Origin: Lama glama
Taxonomy: Eukaryota
Assembly (NCBI GenBank): GCA_028534125.1
Contig: CM052817.1
Coordinates: forward strand, 78,804,001-78,868,000
Direction of reading: 5' to 3'
DNA length: 64,000 bases
This document shows positions 24,880 through 37,579 of the stretch, piece by piece (the first letter of the stretch is position 1; each line of letters opens with the position of its first letter). The notes under the pieces are model-generated. The model did not search any database, had not been told where the DNA came from, and was given only the letters and a program-made list of their open reading frames with translations. The translations under genes were made by a program, and so were the position numbers.

Positions 24880-25030
24880 TTTTTTCATCTGTAAAATGAG
24901 AATAAAGCCTATTTCTCAATGTTGATAGAAGGATAAGATTACATATATGTTTTTATATTATTCAACACAGGGCCTAGTATGTAGTAAACATTCAATGAAT
25001 GATAACTATGATCATGATGATGGTGATTAC
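24880..25030 (+). mobile_element. MIR 3' fragment
   Basis: TCATCTGTAAAATGAGAATAA ... ACACAGGGCCTAGTATGTAGTAAACATTCAAT. Confidence 0.75.
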
Positions 25031-25639
25031 TTTACATCAATAAACTGGGTAAGTAGCATTTATCCTAATTCTGCTTGACAACGCCCCTTGTCCAGCTGTA
25101 TAACAAAGCATAGTGGAACCTATAAGATTTAACAATGCTTAAACTTTTCTGTCTATTTGAGCCCTGCAATGCCTTCAGCAGGGTGACCTTGGGAAGTTTC
25201 TTAAAATGTTTTTCTGTCTCACCACTGACATCATCTTTGACAAGATTGTAAACAATCTCTACCTCAGTAAATCCAGTGGTAGAGTCTTGGTCCTCATCTT
25301 ACTGAACCTTTTGGCAGCATTTTTCAAAGTTGATTGCTCTCTCCTTGACACTTCCTGTAGCTTCAGTGACACCACTCTTCCTGGTCTCCTCGTCCATATC
25401 CATATAACTTACGGCTCTTTCTACCACACTTTGTGATTGCTTCTTTTTTTTTCTTGACCTCTCCATGTGGAGTACTCCAGGGATAGGCACCAGCTCCTTT
25501 CTCTCCTTTATCTACACTAGTTCCTGCTGATTGATTTCAGAGTCATGGCTTTCAAAGTAATAATATACAGACAAGTACCAAATGTACATCTCTAACCCTG
25601 GCCTTTTCCTAAGCTATAGACTCATATTCTGTATCCAAT

Positions 25640-26016
25640 TTATCAGCCTGTTTCCTAGGGCTGCTGTACCAAATTACCACAAATTTAGTGGCGTAAAATA
25701 ACAGAAATCAATTTTCTCACAGGTCTGGAAGCCAGATGTCTGAAATCGAGTTGTTTGCAGGGCTGCCCTCTGCCTCCATCTTCATGGCCTTCTCCCCTTT
25801 TTTCCTGTGTCTGTGTCTTCTCCCCTTCTGGCTCTTATAAGGATACTTGTCATTAAATTTAGGGTATACCCCAGTAATCGAGAAGTATCTCATCTAGAGA
25901 TCCTTGACTTAATTACATCTTCCAATATCCTTTTTCCAAATAAGGTCATAGTCACAGGTTCCAGGGGTTAGGATGTAGACATACCCTTTTTAGGGGCCAC
26001 CATTCAACCTACTACA
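25640..26016 (-). mobile_element. MaLR solo LTR (MLT1B-like)
   Basis: GTTTCCTAGGGCTGCTGTACCAAATTACCACAAAT ... TTTCCAAATAAGGTCA ... CCATTCAACCTACTACA. Confidence 0.88.
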
Positions 26017-26508
26017 TAACTCCTCTGTGGGCTCTACTTTCAAATGTCTCCCAAATCCAACAATCTCCCACCATCTTCACAGCTTTCAGGCCAGTTGAAG
26101 CCACCATCATCTCATGTCTAGACTCTGCACACCTACTAAACTGGTCTCCCTGCCTCTGATTTTCCATAGTCTGTTCTTTCTGCACAGCAGTCAAAGTGGT
26201 CTTTTAAAATGTAAGTGGAATCACAGTGCTTCCCTCTTCAAATTTCTCTAACATTTCCCATCATACTAAAAACAAAATTCAAAATCCTCATCAAAGGCCT
26301 CCAAGGCCTTGCAGGGTCTGGCCCCTGACCACTATTCCAAACTCATCTACCGCCAGCCTCCCTGATCACTCTGCTTCAGTCACAGTGATTTCTTGCTCTT
26401 CCTTGATGACACCAAGTATTATCAGGAATCAGGGACATATTTCCTCCCAGATCTCTACCAGGTTCCCTTTCTTACTTCTTTCAAGTTGCTGTTCAAATAG
26501 CATGTCTT

Positions 26509-27560
26509 TATTTTATTTTATTTTATTTTTACATTATATTCCCAGGACTTAGAGCTGGAAGTTTGTACCTTTTGATCAACTTCACCCATTTCACCCCTCC
26601 CCCTGCCCCCCGCCTCTGCCACCACCAATCTGTTCTCTGTATCTATGAGTTCAATGTTTATTTTTAAGATTCCACATATTAGTGAAATCATATGGTATTT
26701 ATCGTTTTCTGACTTATTTCACTTAGCATAATGCCCTCAAGTTCCATCCATGTTGGCACAAATGACAGAATTTCCTTCTTTATGGTTGAATAATATTCCA
26801 GTGTGTTTGTGTACATATTTGCATGCACATTTGCACGTGTGTTTGCCACATTGTCTTTATCCATTCACTCGTCGATGGACAGCTAGTTTTCATGTTTTGG
26901 CTGTTATGAGTAATTCTGCAATATACATGGGGCTGCAGATATCTTTTCAAAATAGTGATTTTGTTTTCTTTGAATAAATACCCAGAAGTAGAATTCCTGG
27001 ATCATATGGTAGTTCAAATTTTAATTTTTTGAGGAAACTCCATACTGTTTTCCATAGAGGCTATATGATTTTACATTTCCACCAATAGCACACAGGTGTT
27101 CCCTTTTCTTCATATCTTCACAACACTTGTTATTTCTTGTTGTTTTGTTGATAGCTGTACTCACAGGTATGAGATGATAATCTCATTGTGGTTTTGGTTT
27201 GCATTTCCCTCATAATTAGTGATGTTGAGCCCTTTTCATGTACCTGCTGGGCATCTGTATGTTGTCTTTGGAAAAATGCCTATTCCCATCTTCTGCCCAT
27301 TTTAAAATCAGATTGTTTGTGTGTTTTGCTATTGAGGTATATGGGTTCTTAGTATCTTTTGGATATTAGCCCCTTATCAGATACATGGTTTGTAAATATT
27401 TTCTCCCATTCCATAGGTTGCCTTTTTATTTCATCAATGGTTTTCTTTGCTATGTAAAAGCTTTTTGGTTTGATATAGTCCTGCTTGTTTATTTTTATTT
27501 TGTTGCCTTTGTCTTTGGTGTCAAATCCATGAGATCATTGCCAAGTCCAATGTCAAGGAC
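26509..27560 (-). mobile_element. 5'-truncated LINE-1 (L1MA-like) inserted in L2
   Basis: Perfect TSD AGCATGTCTT at 26499-26508 and 27561-27570; (TTTTA)n tail; ORF2 C-terminal sequence. Confidence 0.9.
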
Positions 27561-28194
27561 AGCATGTCTTAAAGAGGCTCTCTCAGGACTCTCTTTCTAA
27601 ATAGACTTGCCTGGGCACTCTTTATCACCTTGTTATCCTTTACTTTTCTCTATAACACTAGTCACTACCTGATGTCATATGTGCCCTTTTACTGCTCCTT
27701 GTATGTCTGTATGTCTACTTCTCAAGAGCTGGGGCTTCATCTTGTACACCTGTTTCTACAGTACCTACAGCAGTCTCTGAAAGATCATAGAAATTTCAAA
27801 ATTATTTGTTGAATGAATGAATGAGAGAATATTCCTCATAAAAGACCAAAGAGGCAAGAGATTTTGGAGTGGTGATGGAGGTATATTAATCTAGGATGTA
27901 CTTTATTTTATTCGTCTATTAATTTAATCTTCAACTTGCAAAACAGATAAATAGGTAGTTTTCCCCTTATTTTTCCTTTTCCTTTTTGGAAATTAGATGA
28001 TGGATCTTAGACATTTAGTGTTGATCTGAATAATGAGAGTGAAATGAAAACTTGAGGTAACTGTCTAATTCAGAATACAGGACATTTGTCACTTCAACTA
28101 TCTGAATGTTCAAAAATGTTTTAAGAAAGCTTAAAATATTTCAATAGCAGCTTGAGTTGCTTTATAAATACTTGAAAAAGAGCATATATTAATT

Positions 28195-29345
28195 TTTTTT
28201 AAATTGAGGTATAGCCAGTTTACAATGTGTCAATTTCTGGTGTACAGCACAATGCATCTGTCATACATGAATATACATATATATTCACTTTCATATTCTT
28301 TCTCACCATAAGCTATTACAAGATATTGAATATAATTCCCTGTGCTATACAGTATAAATTTGTTTATCTATTTTATATATATTAGTCAGTATCTACAAAT
28401 CTTGATCTCCCAGTTTATCCCTTCCCACCCACTTCCCCCCTGGTAACCTTGTGTGTTTTCTATGTCTGTGAGTCTGTTTCTGTTTTGTAAAGAAGTTCAT
28501 TTGTCTTTTTTTTTTAGATTCCACATATAAGTGATATCATGGTATTTGTCTCTCTTTCTGGCTTACTTCACTTAGAATGACATTCTCCAGGGCCATCCAT
28601 GTTGCTGCAAATGGCATTATTTTATCATTTTTATGGCTGAATAGTATTCCATTGTATAAATATACCACAGCTTCTTTATCCAGTCACCTGTCGATGGGAC
28701 ATTTAGGTTGCTTCCATGTCTTGGCTACTGTAAACAGTGCTGCTATGAACATTGCGGTGCATGTATCTTTTGGAATTAAGGGTCCCTCTGGATATATGCC
28801 CAGGAGTGGGGTTGCTGGATTATATGGTAAGTCTATTTTTAGTCTTTTGAGGAATCTCCATACTGTTTTCCACAATGGCTGCACCAAACTGCAGTCCCAC
28901 CAACAGTGTAGGAGGGTTCCTTTTTCTCCACACCTTCTCCAGCATTTATTATTTGTGAACTTTTCGATGATGGCCATTCTGACTGGTGTGAGGTGATACC
29001 TCATTGTAGTTTTGATTTGCATTTCGCTGACAGTTAGTGATATTGAGCATTTTTTCATGTGCCTATTGGCCTTTCATATGTCTTCATTGAAGAATTGCTT
29101 ATTTAGGTCTTCTGCCTATTTTTGCATTGGGTTGTTTGGGTTTTTTTTCTTTATTAAGTTGTATGAGCTGTTTATATATTCTGGAAATTAAGCCATGTCA
29201 GTCTCATCTTTTGCAAATATTTTCTCCTATTCTGTAGATTGTCATTTTGTTTCAGTTATGGTTTCCTTTGCTATGCAAAATCTTGTAAGTTTAATTAGGG
29301 CCCATTTGTTTATTTTTGCTTTTATTTCTATTGCCTGGGTAGACT
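28195..29345 (-). mobile_element. 5'-truncated relatively young LINE-1
   Basis: Open ORF2 C-terminus with Cys-rich motif [18 protein letters not shown] (28684-29058); TSD AGAGCATATATTAATT (28179-28194) / AGAACATGTGTTAATT (29346-29361). Confidence 0.93.
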
Positions 29346-29498
29346 AGAACATGTGTTAATTAGCATGCTCTTTTATCTCTTGTCGATCTCTCTGTCTCTG
29401 TCTCTCTTTCTCTTGTCTCTTACCAGTTTGCTTTCACCCAGGATTTATTGAAAAATTTACTTTTTTTTCCATTTCCACTAAAAGCTGCAATTCTGAGG

Positions 29499-29513
29499 TT
29501 ACATAATGAGTCA
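29499..29513. promoter_or_regulatory. Adjacent PAR-bZIP/NFIL3 D-box and AP-1 motifs
   Basis: TTACATAA (29499-29506) immediately followed by TGAGTCA (29507-29513) in unique sequence; motif match only. Confidence 0.3.
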
Positions 29514-30590
29514 CTTAGGGACAGTCAACACAAGGATGCAGGCAAACAGATTCAGTCTGGACACAAAACCTGACATTTAACAACATCTTTTTTAATTTGC
29601 CCTATTCATGACAATTAGTCTGTAACAGGGCCACCAGTGTTTTGAATGCAGGTGATTTGAAGTTCTCTCTATCCTTGCAGTGATATTTTGGTGGTAGGTC
29701 TCTATTAGATAGATAAAAAGGGGTCCTGAGCCAAGAAGAGGCTAGCAAGTCTGAGGATGTGCACCCCTACCTCCCACTGCCCATGGAGCAGCAAGTCTCA
29801 GGAGAAAGGGTACAGCTCTGTAAACTCAGTTCCTTCTGTAGATGTGTTTTTCTGGTGAAAAGTAATTTAAAAATTTTATAAGAAGTTTTTACATAATTCT
29901 CAAAGATAAGATCCAGATTTCAAAGATATCATGCACTTATTATGGGCCCTAAAATACCAAGACCCTGGGATGCACCTTTACTCTCCTCTGTGGGAAGGAG
30001 TGTTTCCATGGAGACATCTGAGCAGCACTGGAAGAAAGCACTGTGTTCCAGAAGTTTTGGTCTAGAGTATAATTTGTTCCTGAAGCAAATTTCCATTTTG
30101 AGTGGTTATCCCATTTGAGTTAGAGTTTATAGTAAGTTATAAAATACCTACCTGGTAACGGCAACTGAAACAGAACTAAAATCAGAAGAAGTAACCTTTG
30201 ATCAAGAGATGTTTTAGACATCTTAGAACTTGTAAGTACATCCAGAGGGTTGAAACAGTGCTTTTTTTTTTTTTTTGCACACTTTGGTGAAAAAAAAGTT
30301 TTTATAGTTCATTCTTGTGCATTGTTTTTTTTTTCTACAAAAAGTGTAGAGTTTTTTTTGTGTGTGTGTAACATAATTTAAGTCAATTAACTTTTTAAGA
30401 ATTTAACACATGTTCTGATTCTTTCCATTGCCCATCAACCCTTAGTTCCTCTAATGTCTGAGTCATATAATCTTCAAGGCAGCCCTTTCAATGATTTTTG
30501 GTCAATCAACAGTTGTCAGTCAGCCCATAATTCTTTTAGTTGGGCTTTGATTTCCAGTGGAACATGAGCACACTTCAGAAAACAGCTCAC

Positions 30591-30730
30591 CTGTAATCTT
30601 TGGGATCCAGTTTTCTCAAGCAATTTACTTCAGGACTATTACGTATTTGGCGTCAGGGAAGATTGATCTGCCTGGTTCTGAATTTCAGACACCGTTTTTT
30701 GTAAAGTCCAGAACTTTTCAAGATAAAAGC
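30591..30730 (-). ncRNA. Candidate non-coding exon (140 nt)
   Basis: Minus strand: TTCTTTTTTTAG| acceptor and CAG|GTGAGC donor; stops in all three frames. Confidence 0.3.
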
Positions 30731-31724
30731 CTAAAAAAAGAAGCCATGTTTGTCTCATGTGAACATTAAAGTCAGAGTACTAAATCAGTGTAACTGATCA
30801 TTTCTCATCTTATGCTTTTAAATTACCGGTTCCATAGTCCCAGAAGCTATCTTTATGTTCAATACCCATCACTTGAGTCTGTTTTAGGTATCCTGTTCTG
30901 TCTTGTCTGTATCAAAACTCATACTGAACAATGAGTTCTGGGTTGCAAAAGAGGATTTATTTTTGCACCTGTCTACAAGTCTATGTCCACAAATAAAACA
31001 AAAACTGTGCATTGTTTAAAGATGTGATAAAATTTTTAAAAGTCAAAGTAAGAACATCTTTAAAGCAGCCTTTGATTCCTCGGTTTAGTTTATTTTTATA
31101 ATAAAACAGCAATAATTATATATTCTCTTTCTGTTTGATCTGCGATGTTTAGAATGTGTCCCATAAAAGTAAGAAGTGTTAAGGTTAATAATTTAAACAT
31201 GGAATGTTTGTTTTCAGGATTTTTGCCTCTCAAAACAATAGCTTCTGTCTAACGAGCAGCTCATCACTGTCTGAGATCTATTCTTCTTTTTATTTTATAT
31301 TTTGTGGTTTGTCCAGCATAAATTTACTAACCTAAGACACAGGCCTGAGAGGAGTGAAGTGGGAAAAGTAGATTCTTGCCAGCCCCTTGGGCTCTCAAGG
31401 GTAGAGCAATAATAAGATCCTCCTCTTTCAGTATTTAAGATCAGATATCCCCGAAAGGAGCACATGTTAACATTTATTTTAATACCTTAGTGACTGAATA
31501 ATAGGTAGCAGGAACTGGTCAGCAGTAGGCTAAGAATAGGTCAGGGGTCTAGAGACTGAAACCCACATGTGTGTGACTTTTAGCTATTCAGGGGGCCATG
31601 ACGGAAAATGGCCAACCTGTAAATTCAAGAAGCATTTGGCCATGTTAACTTACTCCACTATATTTCAAAGGATAGTGGTTTTGTGGATCTAATAAATCAA
31701 GACGTAGTTTTAAATCCAACAAAT

Positions 31725-31810
31725 TCTATTGAACTTTTTCCATGTGCCAGGCCATGGGCTTGTACTTTCAAATACATTAGCTCATTTAATTCTTAGAATA
31801 AATGTCTGAA
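31725..31810 (-). mobile_element. MIR fragment
   Basis: TATTGAAC...ATGTGCCAGGC...ACATTAGCTCATTTAATTCT. Confidence 0.65.
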
Positions 31811-31954
31811 CATGGATTAAGGTAATGGGGGCTAAATAGTAAAGTAGAATGGGTTAAAACTATAAGACAAGCATGCGAATGTCTGTGTAGATAGGGAATG
31901 AACAATTTCAGTTTGGGTGCCAAAAGCATAACAGTGAAATTAAGATCATATGCA

Positions 31955-32092
31955 GTGGGGTGGGTATAGCTCAGCCACAGAGCACATGCTTAGCATGCAC
32001 AAGGTCTGGGTTCAACCCCCAGTACCTCCATTAATAAATACATAAACAAACCTAGTTGCCTCCCACCTCCAAAATTTTATTTTAAAAATAAA
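31955..32092 (+). mobile_element. tRNA-derived SINE (camelid Vic-1-like)
   Basis: GGGGTGGGTATAGCTCAG (A box) ... GGGTTCAACCCC (B box) AGTACCTCCA, A-rich tail; perfect TSD AAGATCATATGCA at 31942-31954 and 32093-32105. Confidence 0.93.
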
Positions 32093-32323
32093 AAGATCAT
32101 ATGCAACCTCTTCCATTGGCTATGTAGGTGAGAGGCCCTGACCCACCTAATTCTAACTCATTGTCTGTATGGTCATTAAACCAGGCAATCCTGTTGGACT
32201 CAACACATCATAACCCTACACATAGATTTTCCTCTAGTTCCTCTATGTAATCAGTTGGGGTTTGTCAAACTATAGGATTCACAAGAATTTCCATATAGGT
32301 TTTCACATACAAAACCACATTTA

Positions 32324-32634
32324 CAGGCATGCATCAGTTTACCGTGCTTCACTTTATTATACTTTGCAGATATTTTGTTACAAATTGAAGGTTTGTGGTA
32401 ACTTTGCATTGAACAAGTCTATTGGCACCACTTTTCCAACAAAATTATTTTTTATGAAGGTGTGTACCTTGTTTAGACATAATGCTATCACACACTTAAT
32501 AGATTACAGTATCGTGTAAACATAACTTTTATATACACTTGGAAACCAAAAAATTCATGGGACTCACTTTACTGCTATATCCCCTTTATTGCAGTGGTCT
32601 AGAAAGAACTCACAACATCTCTGAGGTGGGCCTG
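32324..32634 (+). mobile_element. Tigger1-derived non-autonomous DNA transposon
   Basis: TA|CAGGCAT ... TACAAATTGAAGGTTTGTGGTAAC ... GAGGTGGGCCTG|TA; terminal inverted repeats and TA duplication. Confidence 0.88.
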
Positions 32635-32794
32635 TACTGACTCTGGTGTTTTGTCCCTCCAAGGTACAACCATGAGATCGTGGGTGAGAAGGAAGGAATG
32701 CACACAAATTGAGCTAGGCACCACAGAGGCGGTTCCTAATACCACACTCCTCTGACATTTGTTATTTCCTTGTCAACCGGCTGTCAGAACGTGT

Positions 32795-32870
32795 ATTAAC
32801 TTGCCCAGGTCACATCACTAGTGACACAGCAGGAATTTGAACCAAGTCTAAATTCAAACAAAAGCCCCAA
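32795..32870 (-). mobile_element. MIR fragment
   Basis: TAACTTGCCCAGGTCACA...AGGAATTTGAACCAAGTCT. Confidence 0.7.
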
Positions 32871-35453
32871 CTCTTTATGATTTCCACTTTTCCTAGGAGA
32901 TAGATATTGGCCCGGGAAACATGACTTCAATAAAAGGAAGAAAAAGGGATCTGCTTGGGGATGAGAGGTAATCGTAGGTGCTGCATAGAAACAAGATGTG
33001 TCAAGTTAAACTTCACCACCTCACAATTTTGTCTTAGGTGGTCTTTACTATTAAAGATCATGTCATGTGACACCTTTGGAGCAGGCTTTGTTCTGGATAC
33101 ATTTTCTATGTATAAAATAACTAACAGCCAAAGAGATGTATGGAATCACCTCATCCACTAGATCCCTCAAGAAAACACAATGAGCTATTATAATAATCCA
33201 TGCATTTTTGTCTTTGTTTCTCAATAGGTCAAATCAGAGTTTTGGTATTTTTGTGTGTGTTTGTTAATCACAGTAATAATGATAGTGGCATTAGATAGAT
33301 ATTAGCAGTTTAAGATGGAAAAACACCCATACCAGTAGAAAGCTTTTAAAATATTAAACTTTGATTTTGAATTTCCATACTGTAGAGTTAAGAGAAACTT
33401 TTAAAGAGAGTTGTAAAATCATGACTCTTAGAGATATAAAATGATCACATCAAAGATTTCATTTAACTCATCAACTAACAAGGGAATGAGACCAGTGTCG
33501 CAGCTTGTTCAAGGGGAAGTCAAGGAACCATTAATTTATGTGACAGAGAGAATGTTGAAATGAATTTATGAATGGGCTCAAAAGTGGCTCTCTTCACCAG
33601 AAAGAATTACAGGAATTATCGTATTACTTTTAGCTATTTACAATTTAGAGAGCTGTAAACCAGTTCAAAGGCGATGAAAGGTGCAGGGCCCTTTACAGAA
33701 TTAGATAATTTCTAGGAGGCTCCAGCATTCCACCGAAAGGATATCCAGTAGTCTCTTCAGTTTATTACCAAGTCTTCTTAAATTTTTCCCTGGAAAAGAT
33801 ATCTCACAATGGCTATAAAATTTATTTTGTAAAATAAAAATATTTAAAGGAAGAGCAATTATTAAAAGTATGTCCTATGTATGCCTAATCATGTTTTTGT
33901 GTTGCACAATTTCTACTAGCAGCTGAAAAATATACTAAATAATTATAAAATGTCCATGAAGAGTGCTTGTGTAATGCCTATTCAGGCATCAATTTTTAAA
34001 TTTGTAGGACACCCTGGGCAGGTGGGAGACTCAGGTTCCAAGTCCACACCTGTGACTTAAATTGACTGGAAAGACACTTTAATAGATATGTGAGCAAATA
34101 GACATGGTGATATTTCCCAAAGAATTATTGAGGAACATCTACCTTTTAGGGTGGAAGATGTGATTTACAGGTACGTGGACATGCATGACCTCAAAACATT
34201 GATTCACAAAGTAATTCAGTTCTACAAAAGCTTTAGAAATGAAATGGCATTAGATTTTCTGATAGGAAAAAGGACCAACTTACAGGGCTGACAGTGAGGA
34301 CAAATAGGATTAATTGGCTGGGTATGGGGACCAAATGACAGGCAGAGTGTGTATGTGGAGGGGGATGGTGTGCATGTGCATGAGAAAGAAAAGGGGATTG
34401 TGCAGGACAGAGAGCTTGCTGCTGCGAACTTGTGGCCTGATTAGCCATGATAGAAAAAAGTTCCTTTCCCTTAGAGTTGAATTCCCCTGGAAATATACCC
34501 ACAAAAACTGCCCATCAGTCAGAACAACTAAGGACATGCAAGAGACAGGAGCATTGCAGTATTATATTTATAGGCTTATAGAAGTTTCAAAAATTGGAAT
34601 GCACAGCGATTTCAAAACAGCACAGTGGTTATATTTTATCATTTGGCTTTTTTGTTTAACAACATCTTTCTTTTGTGTACTTTATGCCTTTCAGTAATTC
34701 TACTCAAATCTGTAGATTTCTGTAGCAGTTTGTACTCAATCTGTATAAAATGACACACTTTTGTATTATTCTTCATGAATAATTTTCAAAACAACTGGTA
34801 TTGGATTTATTGCCACCCCCCCCAATGTGGCGCCTGCTACACGGTCCCTCTGCTTTTGAGTTGTTTCTAAGAGTGACAAGTATAGTAGACAAATCTTAGT
34901 TCCATTTATCTAAAGAAATAAGTGAGAGACAATGGGATTCTCCCACAATACTGGTTTTAATATAGAAGAGATTTAAGAATAAATGTGTGGACAAGTGAAG
35001 TGTAGACTGCATATGGTATTTAAATTTTCAAAAGTTTGATGCATTTCTCTTATTAAGGTCTTTTTAAAAAAAATCAGCATTGGTATGTTTTAATCATAAA
35101 TTCTTGTCTAAGAAACAGAAAACAAAAGGAATAAGTTAGTATTTTTCTAAATGTTGTGAATGTTAATAGCAGAGTCTACAGCTTCTATCTGGGGTCATTT
35201 CAGTCAAGCATTTGTATAAATGGACTAGAAGAAGAAAAATACAATAAACTCATGATGTCTGTAGGCTCATAGATAACACTAAGTGAGGGAAAGTAAAGAA
35301 CTAATAAATGCAAATAGGTAGACCATGAAGCCAAGTGAACCTTCGTGAGAGGAGGCATATGGATGTCAAGTAATTAACAAGTACCTTTTTGGTTGAGGCA
35401 TTATTCTGAATGGTAAAAATAAGGATCAGTAGAAGATATGCCGTCTTAATTAC

Positions 35454-35594
35454 CTGTAAATTCCACAGTGACTGTGACAGTACCAGCTTGACTTTATCTT
35501 AGTAAGTGGTAACTATAATAGTGTTCTTTTGACGTTGAATGTTACAGTCTTTGTGGTAGTGCAGGAGTTCATACTGTGGTTTCTATGATCCTCT
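35454..35594 (-). ncRNA. Candidate non-coding exon (141 nt)
   Basis: Minus strand: TCTTCAGTATCTTTTTTCAG| acceptor and CAG|GTAATT donor; stops in all frames. Confidence 0.25.
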
Positions 35595-36524
35595 CTGAAA
35601 AAAGATACTGAAGACAAGATGGCTATTACTATAGAACAAAAGTAAAGAGTAAATCATTAGATTCATACTAGAGACTGGAAGGGATGTTTAAAAAATAAAG
35701 CTTTCAATTGAAATATACAGTAGCCCAAGTAAGCTCCAAGTTGTATAATGTTAGCCTGAAGGGAATAAAAATACAAAGGAAGAAAGCGCTATGAGAGGTA
35801 AAATGATTGAAGAGTATGAAGGAAAATACACCTGACTGCCAACCCCTGTGTAACTATGAGTTGTTTCTATCATGTTGAAAGCAAAGTATGTGGTAGTGAT
35901 AATCTCTTTATTGATTAGAATTCAGTAAAAACAAGAGACTAGTATATCTTTAACTGTGCATGCTTGCCCAGTACCAAAGGAATCTGAGTGACCTGCTTTT
36001 GTAGATGGCTATTGAGCAGTGAGAATATCGAGAAATGTGGTTTCCCAAAGGCACAGACAGCCCTGACCCTAGATGGCTAAGTGAGCAGTGGAGCGTGAGT
36101 CTCTTGGAGCCTGTCTTTCCTCAGTCTTCTCTTGTTAGAACAAACCTCTTTCTATTTCTCTTCTCCAAAAGAAGGGTTCAACAAGGCTGGCTTTCCTCTG
36201 ATTTCTATGGTGTAGGTCTGTGGTTGGGTCTTGCTATATAATCACTAGAAACACTAGAAGGTAAAAAAAGTACAAACAAAAACAACAAACCTTCATGCCC
36301 TCATTTTGTTCGTTCTGATAACAGTCGTAGAAAAAGGATTTTTCTTATGTCCATGGTGTGGCCTATGTTAAGTCTGCTGCTAATTTCTTTCCTGTTGCCT
36401 TTCATGACACTACAGTATTTTTTCTCCTTTCTCTTCTCTGATTATTCCATTTCGTTTTGGTGAAGTTCTTTGCTTTTATCATGAGTCATAAATTGTTTTC
36501 CCTCTGGATTTTCCCTGGATAATT

Positions 36525-37020
36525 TTGTCAGTTGGAATTCACTGCAGAAAACAGAGTTTTCTCTAGTTAGCATAAGCAGGAAGAAATTTACTACAGGGTA
36601 TTCAATTATCTACAGAATCATTGTGAAAGTCTGAGAAACAGACTCATGGTTGGGCTTTCAGAAACATCAAGGACAAAAGGAAACTCTCCTTTACAACCAG
36701 GACGCCATTTGTCGAATTGTGAAGGTGCCACTGCTCCATCTGCCGACTTCAGAACCGAGCCCCGCTACCATAGTCAGGGGACTAAGATACACACGACACA
36801 TGATCAGAAATCTGCCCCAATGTGAGATACCACTTCCAGATGCTTCTTACAATAGAAACAGTATACGTAGCAGCAGAATTGCCATCACTTTACTTTGGCT
36901 TTCTAAATCTGACAAAAGGACATCCTTGGTAGAACTTAAATCCTATCCAGAATTCTAAATGAAAGGGAGTATGGAAAAAAATGTAGTTTTGGCCTTCTAG
37001 CCTCTGTAGATGGTGTATTA
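36525..37020 (-). mobile_element. Ancient MaLR/ERVL-type LTR
   Basis: GCAGAAAACAGAG...TAAGCAGGAAGAAATTTA...ACAGAATCA and AAGGGAGTATGGAAAAAAATGTAGTTTT motifs typical of old MLT1 LTRs. Confidence 0.5.
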
Positions 37021-37094
37021 GACTAGAATAAGTTGGATCTATACTCATTTGGCTACTCAGCACCCACACACATTCTTCTAGCCACACTTAAACA

Positions 37095-37579
37095 CTAACA
37101 GCAATTCAATACCAAGAAAACAGATAACTGAAAAATGGGCAGAGGACCCAAATAGACATTTCTAAAAAGAAGACATAAAAATTTTGCCAACAGGTATAGG
37201 AAAAATGCTCATGTCACTAATTATCAAGGAAATACAAATCAAACCCCCCAATGAGGTATCACCTCTTGATGGAATGGCTGCTACCAAAAGACAAAAGTTA
37301 AAAAATATTGACAAGGATGAAGAGAAAAGGGAACCCCTGAGCACTGTTGGCAGGAATGTAAATTGGCCAGCCATTATGGAAAACATTTAAAAATTAAAAA
37401 TGCTACCATGTAATACAGCAGTATATATACCCCTTCTGAGTATATATCCAAAAGAAATGAAATCAGTATCTTGAAGAGTTATCTTCATTTTTATGTTCCT
37501 TGTAGAATTATTCACAATATCCAAGATATGGAATCAATCTAAGTGTCCCTTGATAAATCAATGGATAAAGAAAATGTAG
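37095..37579 (+). mobile_element. LINE-1 ORF2 3' end; left part of an L1MA-like host
   Basis: AAAAATGGGCAGAGGACC...AAATGCTC...GAAATACAAATCAAA; ORF 37184-37390 is ORF2 C-terminal-like. Confidence 0.88.

Larger units (their letters stand above)
25210..27822 (+). mobile_element. L2 LINE (RT remnant to 3' end), split by MLT1 and L1 insertions
   Basis: ORF 25206-25436 KIVNNLYLSKSSGRVLVLILLNLLAAFFKVD resembles the L2/CR1 RT motif LILLDLSAAFDTVD; ends ATTTGTTGAATGAATGAATG. Confidence 0.85.

Noticed and set aside
31955..32030. tRNA gene
   Set aside because: It has A/B boxes but a degenerate body, an A-rich tail and a TSD, so it is a SINE.
34233..34697. Overlapping ORFs of 75-127 aa in unique sequence
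   Set aside because: Low-complexity TG/purine-rich composition, no recognisable protein similarity and no convincing splice context.
34811..34840. CTCF-like GCGCCACATTGGGG (minus strand)
   Set aside because: It has several mismatches, including core positions.
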